Below, piece after piece: positions 29,996 to 38,082 of a stretch of 64,000 nt of DNA. Positions within the stretch are counted from its first letter, which is position 1. Every line of letters begins with the position of its first letter. Under the pieces are notes generated by a model. It saw only the letters and a list, made by a program, of their open reading frames with translations, made no database searches and had not been told where the DNA came from. The stretch lies in NCBI GenBank assembly GCA_046482545.1, contig JAWOEX010000039.1, positions 128,001-192,000 on the forward strand, read 5' to 3'. This DNA comes from Candidatus Thorarchaeota archaeon. Its GTDB lineage: Archaea; Asgardarchaeota; Thorarchaeia; Thorarchaeales; Thorarchaeaceae. The position numbers and the translations under genes were made by a program.

Positions 29996-31009
29996 TCATT
30001 TGTCGAAAAAGGTTGATTGTAGAGACGCTAGAAGTTCGTTTTCGCTGGCAAAATCTCTCTCCTCTATGGTATCAAAAACCTCTCTCACCTTTATGCTCTC
30101 ATCAGGTTTAATCCAAACCCACCAATCTCCACACTTTGAAAGTATTTCATCTTTGGTGATGGGATATTGTACATCAATTTCTGCCATTACAGCATCAGCG
30201 CCCCAAGAAACTTCTGGGAATTCGTTCTCTCGGAGGTATTGGACAAAACGCCTACAGTCGTTGTGCATCTCATAGTTGTTGAAGAGCACATAGACCATCT
30301 GATTCGCGTATTCCTCACATTTCTCATAGAGTCTCTTCAGGTCATCATTGGTGAATTTGTATCTATACTTCTGTGACCCTAATCCATGCAGTCTGAAGTA
30401 CTTCAGGTCAACATTATCAATCTTTAGCGTTTCACTCTTGAGAGGATCAACCACATTGACAAGCTTGTATTCATCACATAGATCGCTAATGATATCGTCA
30501 GTCCATTCAGCTCCACGGGTCTCCAATGCCAAAGAAAAATCGGCATCGGTGCCTTCCAAAAAATTGCTTAGATTGGATAGATGTTCGTCAGACGGTTCAA
30601 AACTTGAAGGCGTTTGAAGCAAGCAGATGTCGGCAGCCAGTTCTTCACAGATGGCTTTCGTTTCAAGCCATGCATCAAAAACCTCTTCGGTCGGTCTAAA
30701 GGAGCCATAATTGTCCACTTTCCCCTCCTCAACTTCAATGCCTCCTTTGTCATAGGTAGGACTTGAAGGTTCGTGAGTGATTCGTTGATTGGCCTTAACA
30801 ACGAATCTGAAATCAGAATTTACCTCATCGACTAGTTTCCGCCATTTTTGGGCAGTCCTTTTCATTGGCAATTTGTAGAAGGACGAATTCAATTCTAGAA
30901 GAGGATATTCATCCGAATAAGCCTGTATCTTCTGTACGTATTTTTCTTTCCACCCTTCAGGAGGTCGGTAGTATCTATATCCAGAACAACCAGGTACAAT
31001 CTGCGCCAT
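29996..31009 (-). CDS. DUF72 family protein with an extra C-terminal helical domain
   Basis: GCSG, ELNSSFY, F.VKA...ITH, LLQTP.SF, ETRG, YFRLHG and FNN. Start at ATG 31009. Confidence 0.85.
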   Translation of the reverse strand: MAQIVPGCSGYRYYRPPEGWKEKYVQKIQAYSDEYPLLELNSSFYKLPMKRTAQKWRKLVDEVNSDFRFVVKANQRITHEPSSPTYDKGGIEVEEGKVDNYGSFRPTEEVFDAWLETKAICEELAADICLLQTPSSFEPSDEHLSNLSNFLEGTDADFSLALETRGAEWTDDIISDLCDEYKLVNVVDPLKSETLKIDNVDLKYFRLHGLGSQKYRYKFTNDDLKRLYEKCEEYANQMVYVLFNNYEMHNDCRRFVQYLRENEFPEVSWGADAVMAEIDVQYPITKDEILSKCGDWWVWIKPDESIKVREVFDTIEERDFASENELLASLQSTFFDK

Positions 31010-31289
31010 TACATTCCCTGTTGTATCTTCAACTGCGCACCTAAAATTCCTTTCAAAACGTAAAATAAACAGCAAAATCAAATCAGAGGGAGTTTCCCTC
31101 ATCGAGAATACTAACCAAATGTTATTCTTGGAAATAAAACACCCCAATTAGCTGAATATGTCGTTGCGGCTATTCTCGATATCAATAGCGCAAAAGACCT
31201 GAGTGGAAGAACTAAAGCCCACGAACATGTTTTTGGTGCCATAATCATTAGAATATACAAATCTTGGCAACAAGACATGAATGGAGGAA

Positions 31290-31431
31290 ATATATTCCAA
31301 TGAAGACGGACAAAGCCCCTGCTAACTCACGGGCCTACGGGTACCGTGGGAGCGGCGATGCTGGCAGGGGAAGGGTGGAACACAGAAGTTTCATGCAGTT
31401 CCTAGAACTGTAAGAAATGGGTTATCAAGAA
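31290..31431 (+). ncRNA. Second, shorter copy of the structured RNA element, upstream of thrS
   Basis: 72/82 identity to the reverse complement of 11475-11556, including 23 identical nt GGCAGGGGAAGGGTGGAACACAG. The upstream hairpin differs in sequence but is still paired (cUACGg loop). Confidence 0.7.
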
Positions 31432-31535
31432 GGGGTAGCACAACACAGGAAAAATGAACTTGAAAACGGTTTGTCTCACTCCTAGGGCATCACTCTTAAG
31501 AATGTGAATGCTCATCATAAACACGGGTTCTCATC

Positions 31536-33419
31536 ATGAGGATGCTTCAAATCCATAGCAACAGCTTTTCGTTTGAGCTTAAAAAGAAAGCTCTGAAAAA
31601 CGCAGAAGAAGTCGAAGATGAGTCTATATCAATCTCAGATTCGTGTTTGGTCAATTTCATTGCTGGCGAAAAGAGTGACAGCACAGATATTGAACTTGTT
31701 TCAGAGAAAACAGCTGAGATGATAGCTGCAGCCGCCGAAGATGTCAATGAGAATAGAATCGTTGTATATCCCTGGGTGCATCTTACTGAGAATCCAAGTC
31801 CCCCACATGTTGCACTCGCGCTTCTCAGAAATGTGGCATCAAAGCTTCGGGACATGGATTATGAAGTCACTAGAGTTCCATTTGGCTGGTACAAGGAATT
31901 CTCTATTCACTGTAAAGGCCATCCATTGGCTGAGAGATCCAAAGTCCTAGATATTTCCAAAGCTGAAGCGCAGACGGAAGTTACCGTTTCAGAGGACCTT
32001 ACGGCATTGGAAGCGGAGGAAGAAGCGAAATCAGTATTCTACATAATGGAACCAGATGGCGAATTGACTGAGGTTGAAGATTACGACTTCAGCGGCAAAG
32101 AAGAACTGCGAATGTATGTGGATTATGAGATTGCTAAGGATCGTACCGCCCACGAACCGCCAGCGCATATCGAGATAATGAAAGACCTAGAGCTAGTGGA
32201 TTATGAACCGGGTTCCGACGCGGGTAACTTCCGCTGGCCACCCAGAGGGCTCACACTGAAAAAGGCCGTTGAAAAGAGAGTAACTGCTGAAATGGTTGAT
32301 TATGGCGCTCACATAGTTGAGACGCCCCTGATTTACGATTACAGTCACCCATCTCTGAAGTCGTATCTTCAACGGTTTCCATCTAGACAATATGTCGTAC
32401 GCAGTGGTGACAAGGATTACTTTGCTCGCTTCTCTGCTTGCTTTGGACAGTTCCTACTCGTATCCCAAGCACAAGCCTCATACAAGCAACTACCATTAAA
32501 ACTCTTTGAAATCGCGCCCTCTTATCGGAGAGAGCAATCCGGAGAGCTGGCGGGAATGAGGAGACCAAGGGCGTTCACCATGCCCGATATTCATGAGATT
32601 GTATCTGATGTTGAGATGGCTAAGAACTCTGTCATGAACCAGATGGAGTTTGTCGAGAAATTACACCACGAACTCGAAGTTGACTATGAAGTGTCGTTCC
32701 GTGTTCTCAAATCATTCTTTGACGAACACAGGGATTTCGTCAATGGAGTAGTAGAGAAAGTAGGCAAACCGGTTATGCTCGAAGTCTTCGATGAACGCTA
32801 TGCGTATTTCATTTTCAAAGGAGAATGGAACGTAGTTGATTCTCAAGAAAAGGCAGGGTGTCTAGGCACAATTCAAATTGACGTCGAGAACTCTAAACGG
32901 TTCGACATCACTTATGTAGGTGAAGACGGAGAAGAACACTATCCTCTGATTCTGCATACATCTCCTTCAGGATCAATCGAGCGGGTTCTATATGGTGTAC
33001 TTGAGCAGGCGCATAAGCAGATGGAGAAAGGGGTTAAACCACGGTTGCCCCTTTGGATGACCCCAGTTCAGGTCAGGCTTGCCCCGCTTGATGACACGTT
33101 TGTTGACTATTGTGTCGAGCTTAGCAAGGTTTTCGAAGAAGCTGGAATAAGGTACGAAATTGATGACAGGTCGATGACAGTGGGCAAGAAAGTTCGGTCA
33201 GCAGAGAAAATGTGGGTGCCATACATCTGTGTAGTGGGAGACAGGGAAAAGGAAAGCGGAGAGCTCAGCGTTAGAAGGCGCGAAGAAGGTGACAATATTA
33301 AGATGAAGCCTGAAGAACTCGTCGAACGTATTCAGGAACAGACATCTTTTGCGCCCAAACAAAGGCTCCTGCTACCGAATCTGATATCAAAGCAAGCCAT
33401 ATTTTCAAGAGAAGTCTAA
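31536..33419 (+). CDS. thrS: Threonyl-tRNA synthetase, archaeal type with N-terminal DTD-like editing domain
   Basis: MR.LQIH, VYPW.HL, PFGWYK.F...CKGHPLAERS, Zn ligands (ACFG, PDIH, LHTS), motif 2 YRREQSGE and motif 3 GSIER. Confidence 0.97.
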   Translation: MRMLQIHSNSFSFELKKKALKNAEEVEDESISISDSCLVNFIAGEKSDSTDIELVSEKTAEMIAAAAEDVNENRIVVYPWVHLTENPSPPHVALALLRNVASKLRDMDYEVTRVPFGWYKEFSIHCKGHPLAERSKVLDISKAEAQTEVTVSEDLTALEAEEEAKSVFYIMEPDGELTEVEDYDFSGKEELRMYVDYEIAKDRTAHEPPAHIEIMKDLELVDYEPGSDAGNFRWPPRGLTLKKAVEKRVTAEMVDYGAHIVETPLIYDYSHPSLKSYLQRFPSRQYVVRSGDKDYFARFSACFGQFLLVSQAQASYKQLPLKLFEIAPSYRREQSGELAGMRRPRAFTMPDIHEIVSDVEMAKNSVMNQMEFVEKLHHELEVDYEVSFRVLKSFFDEHRDFVNGVVEKVGKPVMLEVFDERYAYFIFKGEWNVVDSQEKAGCLGTIQIDVENSKRFDITYVGEDGEEHYPLILHTSPSGSIERVLYGVLEQAHKQMEKGVKPRLPLWMTPVQVRLAPLDDTFVDYCVELSKVFEEAGIRYEIDDRSMTVGKKVRSAEKMWVPYICVVGDREKESGELSVRRREEGDNIKMKPEELVERIQEQTSFAPKQRLLLPNLISKQAIFSREV

Positions 33420-33522
33420 CCTGTGAAAATCAAGGTTTATTCTCATTGGGCGCTACCGCTAGCCGATATGCTCTTTACGGACCGTGCTTATACAATAGCA
33501 TCAACAAACTGGAGACATGTAG

Positions 33523-34665
33523 ATGAAAGCATTGGTGTTGGGCTCAGGCCAAATGGGAAAGGGTGTGGCATTTGATCTTGTGTCACATGAGATATGCACG
33601 GAGGCCTTTGTAGGCGACATCAACAAACAAAGGGCGAAAGAGGTGGCTGACTATGCAGGTCCAAAGGTTTCACCCCTCAAAATCGATGCGGAAAATAGAG
33701 AAGAGCTGAAGGATGCCTTCTCGGATGTAGACGTCGTTGTGAGCTGCGTGAGCTACAGAATCAATCCGCTGCATACCGAAATAGCGATTGAGACTGGCAC
33801 GAACATGGTGGATCTTGGCGGAAACTACAAAATAGTTGAACAGCAGTTGCAGATGGATAAGGATGCTAAAGAAGCAGACATCATTGTGATCCCGGATTGC
33901 GGCCTGGCACCTGGTATGACAAACATCCTTGTCAGCAGCGGTATCGAGTATCTCGACCAGACAGAAGACGTTGGGATTCGAGTTGGCGGTCTTCCAAAAC
34001 AGCCTCGTCCACCACTGAACTACTCCCTTGTGTTTTCTGTTGAAGGGCTCATCAATGAATACGTTGAGCCCTGTAGAGTTATCAAAGATGGAAAAATCGA
34101 CTATGAAGACCCCCTTGTTGGGTTTGAACAAATCGATTTCCCAGATCCTTTTGGAACGTTAGAGGCGTTCAATACGAGCGGCGGAACGTCTACGTTGCCA
34201 TCTACCTACGAAGGCAAAGTGGAGAACCTGGACTACAAGACTGTTCGTTATCCGGGTCATGGCCATAAGATGTGGACTCTGCTCCAGCTAGGTCTGATGA
34301 ATTCGGAAGAAATCACGGTAGAAACAACCAAAATTGCACCCAGAAAACTATTGGAGAAGCTTCTCAAAGAAAATCTCCCCGAAGTCAAAGAAGATGTCAC
34401 ACTTCTGAGGGTCAAAATTAGTGGCTGGAAAGGTACTGAATCAAGGAGTATCGAGTATGAGTTGATAGACCATTACGATGAAGAAACAGGACTTACCTCG
34501 ATGGCAAGGACCACTGCTTTCAGTGCATCTGCAGTTGCCACTATGATTTGTAATGGTAGCATAGAAGAACGTGGAGTTCTGCCTCCGGAGCTGGCAGTGC
34601 CCTCTGAATCTTTCATTACAGAAATGAGGAAAAGAGGAATCGGTATCAAGAAGCGAATCTTCTAG
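33523..34665 (+). CDS. Saccharopine dehydrogenase / lysine 6-dehydrogenase family
   Basis: LGSGQMG, DLGG, CGLAPG, GGLP, EAFNTSGG, YKT.RYPGH and MARTT. Confidence 0.88.
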   Translation: MKALVLGSGQMGKGVAFDLVSHEICTEAFVGDINKQRAKEVADYAGPKVSPLKIDAENREELKDAFSDVDVVVSCVSYRINPLHTEIAIETGTNMVDLGGNYKIVEQQLQMDKDAKEADIIVIPDCGLAPGMTNILVSSGIEYLDQTEDVGIRVGGLPKQPRPPLNYSLVFSVEGLINEYVEPCRVIKDGKIDYEDPLVGFEQIDFPDPFGTLEAFNTSGGTSTLPSTYEGKVENLDYKTVRYPGHGHKMWTLLQLGLMNSEEITVETTKIAPRKLLEKLLKENLPEVKEDVTLLRVKISGWKGTESRSIEYELIDHYDEETGLTSMARTTAFSASAVATMICNGSIEERGVLPPELAVPSESFITEMRKRGIGIKKRIF

Positions 34666-35054
34666 TCTTAGGAAAACTAGAGCGGCTAGTCTATGGCTTT
34701 TCAGCCGCGGATACTCATCGGAGTTCTCATTAGGTCCCTGAGAATATCCTCCGTAACCTGTAGCAATAGTGAGATTCCCTGCGGAATACTCAATGAGGGC
34801 AGTTCCGACTTCACCACCAGAGACGAAGATAAATGGAGTGCTCTCAAGTTTTCAGTGCGATGAAGCAAGCTAAGAATCTACTGGACGGCATAGTTCATGT
34901 GACTCTCCTTAATCATTCAACTACGTTCAGCGGGATAGCGAGGAGAACTGCATGCGCCTTACGTTCATTAACAATACTTGCAGTGAATTCTAAACAGTGC
35001 GCTTAAGGTCCTGCATTTGCGGATTCATGCGCACCGGAGTAAGTGTACCTCCAC

Positions 35055-35999
35055 CTAGTTGCCGATTCTCGCCGAGAGCTTCTCTATCATATCTTCGGTC
35101 ATGTCAGCGAGATCATAGTCTGGCTCCCAACCCCATTCATCACGAGCCGCACTATCATCAATAGAGCTTGGCCAGGAATCAGCGATTTCCTGTCTGTAGT
35201 CCGGTTCATATTGCACTTCGAATTCTGGAATATGCTTCTTGATTTCAGCAACGAGCTCCGCGGGGGTGAAACTCATAGCGGTGATATTGAAGCTCCTGTG
35301 TTTCAAATCTGACTCATTCGCTTCCATCAGGTCTATGGTGCTCTTGATACAGTCAGGCATGTACATCATTGGAAGCCTACTATCCTCTTCCAAGAAACAG
35401 GTGTACTGCTTGTTCTCAAGTGCTTCATAGAAAATCTCCACAGCATAATCGGTAGTTCCCCCACCAGGCATGGTTTCAGAGCTGATAATGCCAGGATAGC
35501 GTAATGACCTGAAATCCACATCAAACCGCTTGGCATAGTACTCTCCAAGCAGCTCGATGAAAACTTTGGTTACGCCGTACATGCTGGTCGGCCTCATAAT
35601 CACATCATTAGGGGTGTTCTCCTTCGGTGTGCTTGGCCCGAAGGCTGCTATTGAACTGGGAATGATTATCTGATCCAGATTCAAAATCCTAGCAGCTTCC
35701 AGCGCGTTATAGCTTCCTTGTACATTTGTTCGGTATGCAAGCTGTGGATTATTCTCACCAACAGCCGATAATACTGATGCATTATGGATTAGAGCATCTA
35801 TGTCGTGCTCTACCAGCAACGTGTGAAACTGGGTGGTATCAAGCACATCAAGTCGTCGATACGGGCCTTTTTCTCTCAACACATCTGGTGGTTTCTTCCT
35901 CCCTGTTGCTACTATATTTTCGCCTCCATACCTCTCTCTCAGTGCTTCAATTAGCTCAGTCCCGATTTGCCCGTAGCTACCAGTCACAAGTATCTTCAT
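35055..35999 (-). CDS. tdh: L-threonine 3-dehydrogenase (SDR type)
   Basis: GSYGQIG, LSAVGE, PSSIAAFG, YGVTK, PGGGTTDYA, MMYMPD and RQ.IADSWP. Confidence 0.9.
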   Translation of the reverse strand: MKILVTGSYGQIGTELIEALRERYGGENIVATGRKKPPDVLREKGPYRRLDVLDTTQFHTLLVEHDIDALIHNASVLSAVGENNPQLAYRTNVQGSYNALEAARILNLDQIIIPSSIAAFGPSTPKENTPNDVIMRPTSMYGVTKVFIELLGEYYAKRFDVDFRSLRYPGIISSETMPGGGTTDYAVEIFYEALENKQYTCFLEEDSRLPMMYMPDCIKSTIDLMEANESDLKHRSFNITAMSFTPAELVAEIKKHIPEFEVQYEPDYRQEIADSWPSSIDDSAARDEWGWEPDYDLADMTEDMIEKLSARIGN

Positions 36000-36301
36000 T
36001 CATCTTTATCCTCAATAATTCATTATGTACCGAGCAACATCAGAGTCATGACGCTCTTCTCTGCTAAAGCTCGGTGTATCTCAGTTTCTAGGCCCATAGA
36101 ACCCCAATTAAAAACCTACCGAGAGCTCCATCTTTTTTTTTGAAACAACGTAATTATGAGTAGAAATTCGATTCAGGAGATCACCAATCTACCTGCAACG
36201 GTATTTCGCACGGATTGACTTATTTAGACAGCGAACAAATTGGACTCACTTGGGTTTGCGTCATCTATGCAATCTGTTCTCAACTACGTAGGTGGATAAA
36301 C

Positions 36302-38062
36302 ATGAATGGCGAAAGAGAACTCCTTGAATCGCTAGAGTCGCTTGTTTTTGTCATAGACTCCGATAACAAATTCACCAGCTGCTATGGAGGAAAGCGGACC
36401 CCTCTTTACGCGAAACCAGAAAATTTCATCGGACAACCAGTTAGTAGCATAATTCCTCAACATGTTTTGGATAAATTCCAAGATACAGCTGCATTGGTGC
36501 GAAAAACTGAGCATCGTCATGGTTTTGATTATTCCCTTGTGATAGACGGAGAAGATAGATGGTTCCATATAGACATAGAGCTCCATAATGATGGTCAGAG
36601 CCTTATTGGAATTGTAAATGAGATAACAGCAACAAGGAGAATTCAGAACGCAATCGCGGAAAGGGAACTGATGTACAGAGTTCTCTTCGAATCAGCAAAT
36701 GATGCCATTTTCATCATGAATCGCGCTACATTCTTGAAATGTAACGACAGAACCTTGGAAATGTTTGGATGCCAGAGAGATGAAATACTGGGTAAACATC
36801 CGTTCGACCTCTCTCCAGAATACCAGCCAAATGGAGATCCATCAGAGGATTTAGCCTTAGAGAGAATCAATGAAGCATTACAGGGAAATCCGCAGGTTTT
36901 TCGCTGGGTCCATAAGCGCTGTGATTCTAAACTATTCCATGCACAAGTAAGCCTAAATAGGATTCAACTGGATGGTGAGACTCTCATACAAGCGATAGTC
37001 CGCGATGTCACCGACCAAGTGAACATGGAGAAGGAACTCAGGGAGAGCCAGAAGAAGTACAGGACTCTATTCGAGGAAGCCCCTGTAGCAATTATGATAG
37101 TTGGAAGCGAAGGAGATATCCTTGCAGCTAATGACGCTGCTTCAGTTTTGCTTGGATATGATACCACACATCTCCAATCGATGAATTTCAAGACACTATA
37201 TTCAAGCCATAACAACAGCAAGGGTTTAGTTCACACCTTGGTTAGTAATGGAAAGCTTACTCGCCATGAAGCTACATTGAAACACAGAACCGGAAGGAAT
37301 CTTTCCATCGTACTCGATTCTGAGCCAGTTCAGATAGCCCATGAGTGGGTGAACTTCGTTACAATCCGTGACATCACGCAACAGAAGAGAATAAGCGAGA
37401 ACCTAAAGACAGCAGCTGAAACCGCTAATCTCTACTTAGACATCATGAGCCATGATATCAGGAACAATCTGCAGGCAATCATGACGGCTGCTGAAATCAT
37501 CCGCAATGAAGCCCAGAATGTGGAAGTGGAAAGGCCTATTGAAACAATCATCGAAGCCGTGGGCAATTCCAATGCAATGATACACAGCCTTCACGACACA
37601 AAAGGTCTACTCTCTGTTGAATTACAAAGAATGAATCTTATTGACGTCATAGATCACTGTATCGCTGATTTGAGAACCGAGCATCCCAGAATCGCAATTC
37701 AAAAAGACTATGAGACCGGCGAGGCTCCTGTTCAAGCCGATAGATACGCTTACGACCTCTTTCACAACCTTATCGAGAATGGCATCATCCATAACGATAA
37801 TCCGAAACCCAGTGTGTGGATACAACTGGTCCAAGTGGATCGAGGGTATCTTGTAATGGTCGCAGATAACGGTCCTGGATTTAGTCGTAGCAGAAAGCAA
37901 GCATTATTCGATCCTAAACGAAGGTTCGGAGGAGTGGGGCTTCATCAGGTCAAGTACCTAGTTGAAAGGTACGATGGAAAAATCGATGTGCGGAACAGAG
38001 TGGAAAACAAAAACGATGAGGGAACCAGCTTTGTAATCTGGCTCCCCCAAGCGAGTACGTAA
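36302..38062 (+). CDS. Soluble multi-PAS sensor histidine kinase
   Basis: Three PAS domains, MSHDIRN, NLIEN, DNGPG and GVGL. Start at ATG 36302. Confidence 0.9.
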   Translation: MNGERELLESLESLVFVIDSDNKFTSCYGGKRTPLYAKPENFIGQPVSSIIPQHVLDKFQDTAALVRKTEHRHGFDYSLVIDGEDRWFHIDIELHNDGQSLIGIVNEITATRRIQNAIAERELMYRVLFESANDAIFIMNRATFLKCNDRTLEMFGCQRDEILGKHPFDLSPEYQPNGDPSEDLALERINEALQGNPQVFRWVHKRCDSKLFHAQVSLNRIQLDGETLIQAIVRDVTDQVNMEKELRESQKKYRTLFEEAPVAIMIVGSEGDILAANDAASVLLGYDTTHLQSMNFKTLYSSHNNSKGLVHTLVSNGKLTRHEATLKHRTGRNLSIVLDSEPVQIAHEWVNFVTIRDITQQKRISENLKTAAETANLYLDIMSHDIRNNLQAIMTAAEIIRNEAQNVEVERPIETIIEAVGNSNAMIHSLHDTKGLLSVELQRMNLIDVIDHCIADLRTEHPRIAIQKDYETGEAPVQADRYAYDLFHNLIENGIIHNDNPKPSVWIQLVQVDRGYLVMVADNGPGFSRSRKQALFDPKRRFGGVGLHQVKYLVERYDGKIDVRNRVENKNDEGTSFVIWLPQAST

Positions 38063-38082
38063 ACCTTTAGACTTCTCAACCA

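Noticed and set aside
11979-31266. Shared 12-mer TATACAAATCTT near both RNA copies
   Set aside because: It lies in opposite orientation relative to the two elements and is AT-rich, so it is plausibly chance.
34680-34990. Possible minus-strand gene remnant (STPFIFVSGGEVGTALIEYSAGNLTIATGYGG)
   Set aside because: It looks protein-like but I cannot assign a family. A tBLASTn search would be needed.
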